Below, piece by piece: positions 9,952 through 21,052 of a stretch of DNA of 64,000 bases. The position numbers were made by a program, and so were the translations under genes. The DNA is from Arcobacteraceae bacterium (GTDB taxonomy: Bacteria > Campylobacterota > Campylobacteria > Campylobacterales > Arcobacteraceae): the NCBI GenBank assembly GCA_048268245.1, contig JBLWVX010000005.1:10186-74185 (forward strand), written 5' to 3'. Position 1 is the first letter of the stretch; each line of letters opens with the position of its first letter. The notes beneath the pieces were generated by a model that ran no database searches, was not told the origin of the DNA, and worked only from the letters and a program-made list of their open reading frames with translations.

Positions 9952-10102
9952 TTACTTTATTAGTAGTGTAATTTCTATCTTCTATTTTTGTAAGAATAAA
10001 CATATTATCATTAAATGTATTCCTCAATGCTCTAAATAGAAGAAGTTCACCTTCTTCTATTATATTATTAAAACTATTATGTTTAGTCATAAAGTCTAAC
10101 TT

Positions 10103-12292
10103 CTATTTTTTACAGGCATCTTCTTTTAAGTGGTTTAGATTACCAAATATTTTAAGTGTTGTAATTTCTACTTCTTTTGCTTTTTCATTTAATATTGCAT
10201 TATCCTCTTTATTTGCATTAGCATCAACTAAAGCTTGAAGAGAAGATCTAAAGTTATCTGTTAGTATACTCAACTCATTCATTGTATCAGGGTTTTGTTT
10301 TTTACCTGATAATTTATGTTTTTCGTACCAGTTTTTAAGATTTGTATCTTCTGGTACATTCCATGTGCTATATGTTCCAAGTTTAGAATATGTATCATCT
10401 TTTTTTGTAAGTAAGTCTACTTTTAATTCCGCTGTATCATAAACAAGGTCAACATCACAAACTTTATTTAAAGACTCTTTTAAGAAAGAAGCTCTTGAAG
10501 CTGCTGTTACTAATGAGTTTGACATAGATGATATATTTTCAGCCATATGCGAAATCTCACCTGCAACTTGTGCATTTTTTTGAGTTGCTTGATCAAGTGT
10601 ATTTATTGCATCATTTATTTGAATAATACCTTTTTCTTGCTCTTTAGAAGCATTTGCAACTTCCTCGATAGTTATTGTTGTATTAGAAATATTGCCATTT
10701 AATTCTTTGTACCCTTCAATCATCTCATCAGAAATATTTTTACCTTCTTGGGCTTTATTTGTAGCAAGTTCTACAATCTCTTTAATCTCTTTAGCTGCTT
10801 CTGCAGATCTAGAAGCTAAGTTTCTTACTTCTTGGGCAACTACTGCAAATCCTTTACCTGCTTCACCTGCTGTTGCAGCCTCAACGGCTGCATTTAGTGA
10901 AAGAATATTTGTTTGGAATGCAATTTGATCAATTACTTCAATAGCTTCATTAATCGAGCTAACTTGTGTATTAATTTCATCCATAGAACCAGCTGTTCTA
11001 TTAGCTAAACTTTCACCTTTTTTAGCAGAGTTAGTAACACTTTGTGCAAGCTGTGACATTCTTACAGTTGCTTGTGTATTTGATTGAATATTTGCTGTAA
11101 TTTGCTCTAAGGCTGCTGCTGTTTCTTCTAAAGATGCGGCTTGTTGGTTTGATGAAGCTGATAAGTTTTGCGATGCACCTGATAGAGTTTTAGTGTTTTC
11201 ACTTAATGAATCACCTGTATTCATAATCATTGCTAAAATTTCAGATGTATTATTACCAACTAATTTTATACCAGAAGCTAATGAACCTAAATCTCCATAA
11301 ATACCTTTGTCATCAATTTTATAGTCAAATTTAGACTCTGAATATTTTCTAAGTGTTTCATTGATTTTATCTAATGTTTCTTTTGTATGTAAAATCATTG
11401 AATTTAATTGATTTTTTAAGTTCTCAACATGAGGGTTTGAAGCAGTACTTTCCACTTGATAAACGAAGAAACCACTTGCAGTTTTTTCTAAGATATCATT
11501 TGCTTCTTCAATAACAATTTCATCTTTTTTAAGTCCAGCTCTAACTTTATCCATATAAGCATTAAATAAGTCAGCAACTTCTCCAACTTCATCTTTTGAT
11601 TGAACATCAAGAGTAATTGTAGGGTCATTTGATTGAAGCAGTTTTTCAAATCCAGTTTTTAAGTCACCTATTGTATTAGTAGCTCTTTTTACTATAAAGA
11701 ATACAAATAAAATTGTAATCCATCCAGCAATTGTAGCAACTACTAAAATATGAATAAGTAAATCCCAAATCTCTTCATCAGCTTCATCAAGTGAGAATGT
11801 TAAATCCATAACACCAATAACATCACCTTCTGCTTGGTTTGCATGACATAATAAACACTCTTGTGTTGCAATCATTGGCTTAACCATTCTTAAGTTATGT
11901 CCATTTTCATTTTCTGTTTCTAATAATAAAGGTTTTTTAGTTTCAAATGTTTTTAGTATTTCAGGGTCTGTAGTAAAGCTATAATTTGGATTGGGATACA
12001 TTTCCATTAAAGGTTTACTTTTTGCTACTGTTAAGTTTTTTACACCTTTAATCTCTCTTGCATCATCTTCTGCTTTTTTAATTTGAGCAGGATCACCTGT
12101 ATTCATAGCATTTCTTAAACTTTGGAACATTGCTGCATTTAGCATTTCCAAACTTTCTTTCGTATTCTCAATTGTATTTCTACTAACTTCTTTAGTACTG
12201 AAATAAACGATTGTTAATGTACTAATTGTAAGTAAAACCAAAAGTGAAAATATGATTTTATTACTAATCTTTTTTGTTACTAAATCAAACAT
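10103..12292 (-). CDS. Methyl-accepting chemotaxis protein with heme-c periplasmic sensor and HAMP domain
   Basis: Two TM segments, [50 protein letters not shown]. Confidence 0.93.
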   Translation of the reverse strand: MFDLVTKKISNKIIFSLLVLLTISTLTIVYFSTKEVSRNTIENTKESLEMLNAAMFQSLRNAMNTGDPAQIKKAEDDAREIKGVKNLTVAKSKPLMEMYPNPNYSFTTDPEILKTFETKKPLLLETENENGHNLRMVKPMIATQECLLCHANQAEGDVIGVMDLTFSLDEADEEIWDLLIHILVVATIAGWITILFVFFIVKRATNTIGDLKTGFEKLLQSNDPTITLDVQSKDEVGEVADLFNAYMDKVRAGLKKDEIVIEEANDILEKTASGFFVYQVESTASNPHVENLKNQLNSMILHTKETLDKINETLRKYSESKFDYKIDDKGIYGDLGSLASGIKLVGNNTSEILAMIMNTGDSLSENTKTLSGASQNLSASSNQQAASLEETAAALEQITANIQSNTQATVRMSQLAQSVTNSAKKGESLANRTAGSMDEINTQVSSINEAIEVIDQIAFQTNILSLNAAVEAATAGEAGKGFAVVAQEVRNLASRSAEAAKEIKEIVELATNKAQEGKNISDEMIEGYKELNGNISNTTITIEEVANASKEQEKGIIQINDAINTLDQATQKNAQVAGEISHMAENISSMSNSLVTAASRASFLKESLNKVCDVDLVYDTAELKVDLLTKKDDTYSKLGTYSTWNVPEDTNLKNWYEKHKLSGKKQNPDTMNELSILTDNFRSSLQALVDANANKEDNAILNEKAKEVEITTLKIFGNLNHLKEDACKK

Positions 12293-12386
12293 AGTTGTAG
12301 CCTTTATTTTTAAGTCTATTTATTATATAATCAAAATTATTTATTAAATATTAAATGTAACATAAATTTTAACAAAAAGTAGGAAA

Positions 12387-12953
12387 ATGATTGTAGGTCT
12401 TGAAGGAAAAATAACTAAAAAAGAGCCCACATTATTAAATATAAATGTAAATGGTATAATATACGAAGTAAATGTATCTCTTAACTGTTCTCAAAAGATA
12501 GTATCTAACGAGATTTCACTACACATAACTCAAATAATAAGAGAAGATGCACATACTCTTTATGGCTTTTTAGACCCTAATGAAAAGAAGCTTTTTGATA
12601 CTGTTATTAAAATTAATGGAGTGGGGCCAAAAGTAGCACTTGCAATTTGTTCAACTTTTACTCCTAACTCTTTTTCACAAATTGTAACAGACAATGATGT
12701 ATCAATGCTAAAAAGAGTTCCAGGAATAGGTCCAAAAGGTGCAAGTAGAATTTTAGTAGAATTATCAGGATTTATTGTAGATGGTAATGACTCTAGTGAA
12801 GAGAACTTAGCTGCAACAGCTTCACTTGAAGCAGCACTTGCTTTAGAATCTCTAGGCTTTAAAAAAGATATGGTTTCAAAAATCTTAAAAACTTGTAAGG
12901 GTACAAATACAAGTGAGTTAGTAAAAGAAGCTCTTAAAAAATTACAAAAATAA
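12387..12953 (+). CDS. ruvA: Holliday junction branch migration protein RuvA
   Basis: [28 protein letters not shown]. Confidence 0.95.
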   Translation: MIVGLEGKITKKEPTLLNINVNGIIYEVNVSLNCSQKIVSNEISLHITQIIREDAHTLYGFLDPNEKKLFDTVIKINGVGPKVALAICSTFTPNSFSQIVTDNDVSMLKRVPGIGPKGASRILVELSGFIVDGNDSSEENLAATASLEAALALESLGFKKDMVSKILKTCKGTNTSELVKEALKKLQK

Positions 12954-12971
12954 AATCACAAAAGGAATTTA

Positions 12972-14012
12972 ATGAAAATAGCAATAGTTTTCGGTGGGAT
13001 AAGCTTTGAACATGAAATTTCAATTGTAAGTTCAATTGCAATGAAAGATGTTTTAAAAAATGAATTAGTTTATATATTTTTAGATGAAAATAGAGAATTT
13101 TATCATATCCCAACAGATATAATCAAATCAAAACTTTTTAGTTCAGGTGATTATAAAAAGTTTGATAAATTAAGTATTGCAAAAAATGGTTTTTATAAGA
13201 AAGGTGGATTGTTTTCAAAAGAAAAGCCACTAGACTTTGATATTGCACTAACACTTATGCATGGTGGAGATGGTGAAGATGGTGTTATTGCTTCACTTTT
13301 TGAATTCTACAATATTCCTTATTTAGCTCCAAGAGTTGAAGCTTGTGTTGTAAGTTCAAATAAGTTTTTAACAAAAGGTTATGCTTCATCTGTTGATGTA
13401 AATGTTGTTGATTATAAATACTTTACAAAAGGTGATGAAGTAAAAGTTGATGAGTTCCCAGTGATTTTAAAACCTGTTAAATTAGGTAGTTCTATTGGTG
13501 TATCTATTGTAAAATCAAAAGAAGAATTAGACTATGCTTTAGATGTTGCTTATGAATTTGATGATGCTATTATTATTGAACCATTTATTAGTGGTGTAAA
13601 AGAGTATAATTTAGCAGGAACAAAAGTAAATGGAGAGTTTAAGTTCTCTATTTTAGAAGAACCTCAAAAAGCTGAGTTCTTAGACTTTGATAAAAAATAC
13701 TTAGACTTTTCAAGAACTTCAAAAGCTAAAGAAGTTGATCTTGGTGTTGAGTTAAATACAAAAGTAAAAGAAGCATTTAAAAGAATCTATAACAACTTAT
13801 TTGAAGGCTCGCTAATTAGATGTGACTTTTTTGTTATTGACAATGAAGTTTATCTAAATGAAATAAATTCAATTCCAGGATCTATGGCAAACTATTTATT
13901 TGATGATTTTAATGCTTTATTAAATGAAGTAGCTTCAAATCTTCCAAAAAGAAAACATATACCAATTTCATATGAGTATGTAAATAAAATACATAGTGCA
14001 AAAGGTAAGTAG
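12972..14012 (+). CDS. ddl: D-alanine--D-alanine ligase
   Basis: FGG.SFEHEISIVS, HGGDGEDG, GSSIGV, RCDFF, NEINSIPG. Confidence 0.93.
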   Translation: MKIAIVFGGISFEHEISIVSSIAMKDVLKNELVYIFLDENREFYHIPTDIIKSKLFSSGDYKKFDKLSIAKNGFYKKGGLFSKEKPLDFDIALTLMHGGDGEDGVIASLFEFYNIPYLAPRVEACVVSSNKFLTKGYASSVDVNVVDYKYFTKGDEVKVDEFPVILKPVKLGSSIGVSIVKSKEELDYALDVAYEFDDAIIIEPFISGVKEYNLAGTKVNGEFKFSILEEPQKAEFLDFDKKYLDFSRTSKAKEVDLGVELNTKVKEAFKRIYNNLFEGSLIRCDFFVIDNEVYLNEINSIPGSMANYLFDDFNALLNEVASNLPKRKHIPISYEYVNKIHSAKGK

Positions 14013-14014
14013 TT

Positions 14015-14734
14015 TTGGCAAAAAAAAGTATAAAAGTAGATAATAAAGATTATGAAATTTCTTATGAACTAGTAAATCCAACTGCAAAAAAAGATTTTGT
14101 TGTTTTACATGGATGGGGTTCAAATAAAGAGATTATGAAAAACTCTTTTAGTTCATATTTAAAAGATTATAGACATATTTATATTGATATGCCAGGCTTT
14201 GGAAAAAGTCCTACATCTTATGAACTTACTACACCTTTATACGCCAAAATATTAGAATTATTTTTGACTAAATTAAACTCTTCAAAAGAGATAATAGCAG
14301 GTCATTCATATGGTGGAAAAGTAGCAACACTTTTAAAGCCTAAGTGTTTAGTTCTTTTAAGTAGTGCAGGTATTTTAGAAGAAAAAGCATTTGATGTAAA
14401 AGTGAAAATTGCTATTTCTAAATTCTTTAATTCTATTGGTTTAGGTGGTATTACAAAAGCTTTTAGAAGCAAAGATGTAAATACTATGAGTGAAAACATG
14501 TATGCAACATTTAAAAATGTAGTAAACGAAGATTTCAGCTCTAACTTTAAAGCTTTTGAAAATCAAGCTTTAATCTTTTGGGGAGAGAAAGATACAGCCA
14601 CTTCCTTAGATTCTGGTAAAAAAATAGCCTCTTTAATAAATAACTCAACATTTATATCATATGATGGTGACCATTACTTCTTTGCTAAAAATGCAAAAGA
14701 TATTTGTGAGAGAATAGAAAATGCAATACCTTGA
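14015..14734 (+). CDS. Alpha/beta fold hydrolase
   Basis: LHGWG, DMPGFGKS, GHSYGG nucleophile elbow, WGEKD, GDH. Confidence 0.88.
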   Translation: MAKKSIKVDNKDYEISYELVNPTAKKDFVVLHGWGSNKEIMKNSFSSYLKDYRHIYIDMPGFGKSPTSYELTTPLYAKILELFLTKLNSSKEIIAGHSYGGKVATLLKPKCLVLLSSAGILEEKAFDVKVKIAISKFFNSIGLGGITKAFRSKDVNTMSENMYATFKNVVNEDFSSNFKAFENQALIFWGEKDTATSLDSGKKIASLINNSTFISYDGDHYFFAKNAKDICERIENAIP

Positions 14735-16166
14735 ATATTTTAATATATTTACACATATAGTTTTAATAATGAGTTTAGGTTGGTATCTTATTACTAACCT
14801 TCAATGGTACAACTACAAAATAGAAAGAGTTGTCTTAAAGCACCACAAATGGCAGTGGCATATCACTTACTTTTTAGCTCCAATCGTTCTTTTTTATTTA
14901 ATCCCTGAACTTTATTATGCTATTTATTTTTATGCTTTATATTTAGTTAGTTTTATATTATGGAACAAAAAACTTGATAAACCTTTAGTTTTAACTGCAA
15001 GGGTGAAAAGATTTTTAACTATACTTCTTTTTACAACTTTTGTATTAACAGCACTTTGTTTAGCAAGTCAAGAGTGCTCAAATAAGTTTATATTCGCACC
15101 ACTTCTTTTAGCATATGGTATTTCAACTATTTTAGAGAAAATATTTTTTATCTCTTTTAAACACAAAGCAAAACAAAGATATGAAAATATTAGAGGTTTA
15201 AAAACTGTTGCTATTACTGCATCATTTGGTAAGACTTCAATCAAAAACTTTTTATATCATGTAATCAAAAATAAGTTTAAAACATACAAAACACCAAGAT
15301 CAGTAAATACAATAGGTGGTATAATTTTAGATGTAAATAGAGATTTACCTGATGATACACAAGTTTATATTGCAGAAGCAGGTGCTAGAGTAAAAGGTGA
15401 TATTGAAGAAATTACTATGTTCCTAGAACCACAACTTTGTGTAGTTGGAACTATTGGTGAAGCTCATATTGAGTACTTTAAAACTATAGATAATATTATT
15501 CATACAAAAATGGAGCTTTTAAAATCTCCTAAAATGGAAATGGGATTTGTTCATGAATCAACTCATATAAAAGATTATGACACAATTACAAAGTTTCCAA
15601 ATGGCTTACATGTTACTAAGAGTGATTTAAATGGTATATGGTTTGATGTGGAAATCAATGGTCAAATTGAACATTTTCATGCACCAGTTTTAGGAAGCTT
15701 TAATGCTGTAAATTTAACAGCAGTAATTTTAGTATCACATCATTTAGGCATGAGTATAGATGAAATTAAATTAGCACTTCAAGACTTACCACAAGTTGAA
15801 CATAGACTTCAAAAAATTGAAGCAGGTGGTAAGGTAATCATTGATGATTCATTTAATGGAAATATTGAAGGAATGCTTGAAGGTATAAATATCTGTTCTT
15901 CATATGCTGGAAGAAAAGTGATTGTAACACCAGGATTAGTTGAGTCAACTGATGAAGCAAATATGCTACTTGCAAATGCAATTAATGAAAAGTTTGATTA
16001 TGCGATTATTACAGGGGATTTAAACTCTCATTTATTAAGTTCAAATATTGATGAGAAAAAAGTATTTATATTAAAAGATAAATCAAAAATGGAAGAAATT
16101 TTGGCAGAAAAAACTAGATCAGGTGATTTAATTCTTTTTGCAAATGATGCTCCAAACTTTATATAA
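14721..16166 (+). CDS. murF: Mur ligase (MurF-like) with N-terminal membrane segments
   Basis: ITASFGKTS, SVNT, HRLQ, IDDSFNGN; located in the ddl cluster. Confidence 0.82.
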   Translation: MQYLEYFNIFTHIVLIMSLGWYLITNLQWYNYKIERVVLKHHKWQWHITYFLAPIVLFYLIPELYYAIYFYALYLVSFILWNKKLDKPLVLTARVKRFLTILLFTTFVLTALCLASQECSNKFIFAPLLLAYGISTILEKIFFISFKHKAKQRYENIRGLKTVAITASFGKTSIKNFLYHVIKNKFKTYKTPRSVNTIGGIILDVNRDLPDDTQVYIAEAGARVKGDIEEITMFLEPQLCVVGTIGEAHIEYFKTIDNIIHTKMELLKSPKMEMGFVHESTHIKDYDTITKFPNGLHVTKSDLNGIWFDVEINGQIEHFHAPVLGSFNAVNLTAVILVSHHLGMSIDEIKLALQDLPQVEHRLQKIEAGGKVIIDDSFNGNIEGMLEGINICSSYAGRKVIVTPGLVESTDEANMLLANAINEKFDYAIITGDLNSHLLSSNIDEKKVFILKDKSKMEEILAEKTRSGDLILFANDAPNFI

Positions 16167-16179
16167 GGAATAATAAATT

Positions 16180-16668
16180 ATGGAACACTTATATGCACCT
16201 TGGAGATACTCTTATGTTAGTGAAGAAAAGATTGAAGGTTGTGTCTTTTGTCATATTTCAAAAAATTTAGATGATGAAAGACTTCAAGTCTTATTTCATG
16301 ATGAGTACTGTTTTGTGGTAATGAATAAGTTCCCATACTCTCCTGGTCATATGATGGTAATACCTCATTTTCATACTGATAAAATCGAAGAGTTAGATGA
16401 TAAAACTTGGGAGGTTATGAGTGTGAGAGTTAGACAAGGTGTAAAGCTTTTAAAAGAAATAATGCCTTGTGAGGGTGTAAATATAGGAATGAACCTAGGA
16501 AAAGCTGCAGGTGCAGGAATAGAACAACATGTACACTATCATATGCTTCCAAGATGGCTTGGAGATACTAACTTTATAAGCTCAATTGGTGGAAACAGAG
16601 TATACCCTGCAAATTTTGATGAGATTTTTAACAAATTAAAAAATAGTGCTTCAAAATATTTCGTATAA
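16180..16668 (+). CDS. HIT family hydrolase
   Basis: APWR, CVFC, NKFPYSPGH, HVHYHM histidine triad. Confidence 0.92.
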   Translation: MEHLYAPWRYSYVSEEKIEGCVFCHISKNLDDERLQVLFHDEYCFVVMNKFPYSPGHMMVIPHFHTDKIEELDDKTWEVMSVRVRQGVKLLKEIMPCEGVNIGMNLGKAAGAGIEQHVHYHMLPRWLGDTNFISSIGGNRVYPANFDEIFNKLKNSASKYFV

Positions 16669-16769
16669 CTTATCAATTAAATAAATTATATTATAATACT
16701 CACACATATTTTATCTACAAAAATACAAAATATTAATATATTATTAGAAAAATATTCTAAGGATTTTTT

Positions 16770-18014
16770 ATGAAACGAGATATCGTAATAATCGGTGGTG
16801 GTATTATTGGATTAATGAGTGCTTATTTCTTGCATAAAGCAGGAAGAAAAGTCACTTTAATTGATGAAAATGATATTACTAATAGTACCTCTTTTGGAAA
16901 TGCTGGTTTATTGTCAGCTTTTGATAAAGCTCCTTTAAGTCATCCTGGTGTTGTGGGTGAGACAATAAAAATGATGTTAAAAGGTGAATCCCCTGTAAAA
17001 CTTCATCCTAAGTTTGATTGTGAGCTATTTAAATGGCTTTTAGCTTTTGTAAAAAATGCAAATGAAGAGAGACTTAAAAAAACACTAATTCTTTTTGAGA
17101 AGTATGGACAAGATACTATTGATTTATATAAGCAAATTCAAAAAGAAGAAGAATTAGATTTTGACTTTCATCATACAGGTATGCTATCTGTTTTTACAGA
17201 ACAAGATACTTATGATAAAAAGTTAAAGCAATATAATTATGAAGATAGTAAAAGATTTGAGATACTTACAAAAAGTAGACTTGAAGAGTATCTTCCTTGT
17301 GCAAGTTCAGATGTAAAAGGGGCAATTTTATTTAAGAAAAATGCTCACTTAGATCCTCAAAGAGTTATGCTTGAAATGAAAAGATACCTTATGGAAAATG
17401 GTGTTGAATTTATCTTAAATGAGAAGATTGAAGATATAAGCTTTAGTGATGAAAAAGTTCTAAGCGTTAGCTCAAAAAGTGCTATATATGAAGCAAATAG
17501 TTTTATCATGGCTACAGGTTATCAAACACTTTTAGCAAAAAGAAGAAAGAAGAAACTTCTTATGACTCCTGCGAAAGGTTATAGTATTACTTTTGAAATG
17601 CCTCAAGAATTAAGACCTAAGACTTCTTGTTTATTTAATGATTTATTCATTGTTATGACACCAAGAAGAGATGATGTGAGACTTACTTCTAAGCTTGAAT
17701 TAGGCTCTTCTAATCCTGCAATTGTAAAAGCACAAATAGATAGTATAAAAGAGAATTTCAAAAAGTATACAAAACCTTTTGAAATGGAAAATATCAAAGA
17801 GTGGAGTGGCTTTAGACCCTTAACACCAAATGATAGACCACTATTTGGAAAAGATGAAGAGTATGACAATCTTGTCTATGCTATGGGTCTTGGTTGGCTT
17901 GGTATGACTTTTGCTCCAAGTATTGCTAAAACACTTGAAAATTTAATAGTAAATGATTTAAAAAATGAAGAAGATGATGATGTTCTTCTTTTCTCTGGAT
18001 TCTACCAAGGGTAG
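16770..18014 (+). CDS. FAD-dependent D-amino acid dehydrogenase-like oxidoreductase
   Basis: GGGIIG Rossmann motif, TSFGNAG, PAKGYS, WSGFRP.TP. Confidence 0.85.
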   Translation: MKRDIVIIGGGIIGLMSAYFLHKAGRKVTLIDENDITNSTSFGNAGLLSAFDKAPLSHPGVVGETIKMMLKGESPVKLHPKFDCELFKWLLAFVKNANEERLKKTLILFEKYGQDTIDLYKQIQKEEELDFDFHHTGMLSVFTEQDTYDKKLKQYNYEDSKRFEILTKSRLEEYLPCASSDVKGAILFKKNAHLDPQRVMLEMKRYLMENGVEFILNEKIEDISFSDEKVLSVSSKSAIYEANSFIMATGYQTLLAKRRKKKLLMTPAKGYSITFEMPQELRPKTSCLFNDLFIVMTPRRDDVRLTSKLELGSSNPAIVKAQIDSIKENFKKYTKPFEMENIKEWSGFRPLTPNDRPLFGKDEEYDNLVYAMGLGWLGMTFAPSIAKTLENLIVNDLKNEEDDDVLLFSGFYQG

Positions 18015-18038
18015 AATTCAGAAAATATAAACTCTATT

Positions 18039-18554
18039 TTAATTTCTTAAATTAGAAGTATAAGCTTGTAGTTTATCTCTTATATCTGAACTTTGTGTTT
18101 GTTCATTTATTTTATCCATCATATTTGCAAAAGATGAAAGTTTATTTTCACTTCCAGTATTTGCAGTTTCTTGACTAATACTAAATAGTGCAGCTGCATA
18201 GTTGGCATCTGTTGTAATACTGTTTTGAGTATTTAGAACTTGCTCTTGTAAGTTTAAATTATTTAAGCCATTATCTCCTAAAAAATTACTAAAATCTTCT
18301 GTAGAAATATTTCCACTTCTAAGCTCATCAAGATTATATAAAAAGTCTTGCTGTAAAGCTTGTGCTTGTATATTATCTTGTTCAAGTGCATCTATATTTA
18401 TAACAGCTGCATTACCTATTTCTCTGGGTGGAGCAACCTGATCTATTGGATCTAGTGATTCAAAAGCAGGGCTTGAAGGTTGTATGGATATATCAGCATA
18501 ATCTGGTATATCTAAACCATAACTATCAATAGATGAAATATTCATAATAATCAA
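18039..18554 (-). CDS. Acidic Asn/Gln-rich hypothetical protein
   Basis: 171 aa ORF with GGGAG RBS; no recognised motif. Confidence 0.6.
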   Translation of the reverse strand: MIIMNISSIDSYGLDIPDYADISIQPSSPAFESLDPIDQVAPPREIGNAAVINIDALEQDNIQAQALQQDFLYNLDELRSGNISTEDFSNFLGDNGLNNLNLQEQVLNTQNSITTDANYAAALFSISQETANTGSENKLSSFANMMDKINEQTQSSDIRDKLQAYTSNLRN

Positions 18555-18693
18555 CTCCCTTCATATATTTATATATAAAGTATATCATCTAAAAGTAAAT
18601 GAAATGTATAGAAATTGTAAAGTTCTTATAAAAAATAGCTTAAATATTTAATTTAATAAAGGATTTTAAAGTATGAATAGATAAGATACCAAC

Positions 18694-20043
18694 ATGATTG
18701 ATTATAAAAATAAAAATATATTTTTTACAGGAAGAGCTAACCTTATAGATTTAGAAGAGTTAGAAAAGTATTTATTACAAAAAGGTGCAGTTCTTGTTGA
18801 GAGTATGGAAAAAGCAGATATTGTTATAAAAGGTAAATTTACACCTATTATTATAGAAGAAGAGTTATATGTACTCTCTTTGACACAATTAGATATTTTA
18901 GAGATTAATAAATTAGAAGAGGAGTTTTCAAAGAATCTTGATATAGATTCAATACTTTTGGCAATAAAAATATCTAAAGACCAAGAAAGGTTATTGAAAC
19001 TTTTAAGTAATGAGTATTTTGAAGATGAAGTTTTTATAAAGCTTTTAAGATTATATGATTTTAAAGATGAAGATATTTATGATACTGATGAAAATAGGGA
19101 TGTTTGCACAAAAATAGTTGAGAGGTTTTGTAGTTTAGTTGAAACAAATCACAATATACAATATGCACCAATAGGAGTATATTATACAGCATTAGAAGCA
19201 AGTAGTGATAAGCTTTTAGAAGTTATCTATAATATGCCTGATTTCTCAATCTCTGACAAAAATGCTCAAGAAGATCAGCCTTTAAGTCTTAAAGAAGTTG
19301 TGGCATTAAATCCAAATAGTTCTAAGACTATGCATTTGCAGATTATCAAAAATAATAGAGTAAATGAACTAAGATTTTTAGCTTTAAATGAAGCTATTTC
19401 TCCTATGGTTCAAAAAAAACTTTTTGAAAAAAATATACAAGTAGTAAATATTTCTTTGATAAAAGCTTCAAACTACGATGAGAATATGATAGATGAGTTT
19501 TTAAAAGATGATATTTTAAGAAAAGAACTTTTTAAAGTAGTGAATTTAGATGATAGACTATTTGATAAGTTTTTTGAGAGTATTGATGATATTTCACTTG
19601 TTTATTTATGTATGAACAAAAGTTTGAGTAGTAGTATGATAAAAAAAGCATTTGAAAAAAATATAGATAATGCAAACATAAACCTTCTAAAAAACAAAAA
19701 CTGTCCAAATGATAAAATAGAAGAGTTTTTAAATAAACAAGATAAAATTTATAATATATCATTAGCTCATAATGAAGCTTTAACTAAAGAGCAGTTTGAA
19801 TCTCTTTATTCTTTAAATGATTATGATGTAAATATTTCTTTAGCTTTAAATACAAGTACACCAAAAGAGATATTAAAAAACTTGAGTTTAAAAGAAGATA
19901 GACTAATAAATGAAACTTTATGTGCAAATGTAAGTACACCAATTGGTGTATTATTACAGTTTCAGTATGATGGTGGTTTAAAATCTATAATCTCTAATAA
20001 TGATAGTTTTAGAGAGTTTACAAGAAAAAATATAGGAATGTAA
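18694..20043 (+). CDS. BRCT-like N-terminal domain + leucine-rich-variant/HEAT-like repeat protein
   Basis: N-terminus IFFTGR..IDLEELEKYLLQKGA.LVE....ADIVIKG fits the BRCT pattern; repeated ALNPNS/LALNEA/LKNKNCP/LAHNEAL/LALNTSTP/CANVSTP units. Confidence 0.7.
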   Translation: MIDYKNKNIFFTGRANLIDLEELEKYLLQKGAVLVESMEKADIVIKGKFTPIIIEEELYVLSLTQLDILEINKLEEEFSKNLDIDSILLAIKISKDQERLLKLLSNEYFEDEVFIKLLRLYDFKDEDIYDTDENRDVCTKIVERFCSLVETNHNIQYAPIGVYYTALEASSDKLLEVIYNMPDFSISDKNAQEDQPLSLKEVVALNPNSSKTMHLQIIKNNRVNELRFLALNEAISPMVQKKLFEKNIQVVNISLIKASNYDENMIDEFLKDDILRKELFKVVNLDDRLFDKFFESIDDISLVYLCMNKSLSSSMIKKAFEKNIDNANINLLKNKNCPNDKIEEFLNKQDKIYNISLAHNEALTKEQFESLYSLNDYDVNISLALNTSTPKEILKNLSLKEDRLINETLCANVSTPIGVLLQFQYDGGLKSIISNNDSFREFTRKNIGM

Positions 20044-20044
20044 G

Positions 20045-21049
20045 ATGAAAGCAAGTGATTTAAAAAACTCATTAGAGTCTTTGATAAATAGTAAAGTTCC
20101 TGTTTTTATTTGGGGAAATCCAGGAGTTGGTAAATCTTCACTTGTAAAACAAATAGCAAATGAAAAAAACATGAACTTTATTGATTTAAGACTAAGCCTT
20201 CTTGATCCTACTGATTTAAGAGGAATACCTTTTTTCCAAAGTGAAACAAAAAGTGCTGTTTGGGCAAAACCTGAATTTTTACCTGATACTAATTCACAAG
20301 AAAAAGGAATACTATTTTTAGATGAAATAAACTCAGCACCACCAACAATACAAGCGGCAGCTTATCAACTTATTTTAGATAGAAAAATAGGGGAGTATAC
20401 TCTTCCTTTAAACTATGCAATTATTGCAGCAGGGAACTATGAAACAGATAGAGGTGTAACATACAGAATGCCAACACCCTTAGCAAATAGATTTGTTCAC
20501 CTTGATTTTGATTTAGATTTTGATGAGTGGAAGAAATGGGCTTATGCTTCTAATATTGATACAAGAATAATCTCTTTTTTATCATACAAAAGTGAAAACT
20601 TATTTACATTTGATGCAAAATCAAAAGAAAAGTCCTTTTCAACACCTAGATCTTGGTCTTATGTGGATGATATTTTAAAATCAAAACTTCATATGGATTT
20701 ACTAGAAGAGGTTATAAGTGGTGCAATTGGAAAAGATAGTGCAGTTGAGTTTATGAACTATTGTAAAGTTATGAAAGATTTACCCAATATAAATAGTATC
20801 TTAGATGGAACTTTAAAAGAAGTTCCAGAAAATAACTCAGTTTTATATGCCTTATGTACAGGTATAACTTATGCTTTAAAACAAAATGAAACCATAGAGT
20901 CAATTACAAATGTTTTAGATTACTCTTTAGAGTTACCAAATGAATTCTCAGTAATGCTTATAAGAGATATTCAAAAAGAGGGTATCAATATAGAAGGCTC
21001 TCCTTCATGGAAGACATGGAGTGATGCAAATAAGTTTTTAATAGGCTAA
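20045..21049 (+). CDS. MoxR-family AAA+ ATPase
   Basis: Walker A GNPGVGKS, DPTDLRGIP, Walker B LFLDEIN, AAGN, PLANRF, TPRSW. Confidence 0.92.
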   Translation: MKASDLKNSLESLINSKVPVFIWGNPGVGKSSLVKQIANEKNMNFIDLRLSLLDPTDLRGIPFFQSETKSAVWAKPEFLPDTNSQEKGILFLDEINSAPPTIQAAAYQLILDRKIGEYTLPLNYAIIAAGNYETDRGVTYRMPTPLANRFVHLDFDLDFDEWKKWAYASNIDTRIISFLSYKSENLFTFDAKSKEKSFSTPRSWSYVDDILKSKLHMDLLEEVISGAIGKDSAVEFMNYCKVMKDLPNINSILDGTLKEVPENNSVLYALCTGITYALKQNETIESITNVLDYSLELPNEFSVMLIRDIQKEGINIEGSPSWKTWSDANKFLIG

Positions 21050-21052
21050 ATT

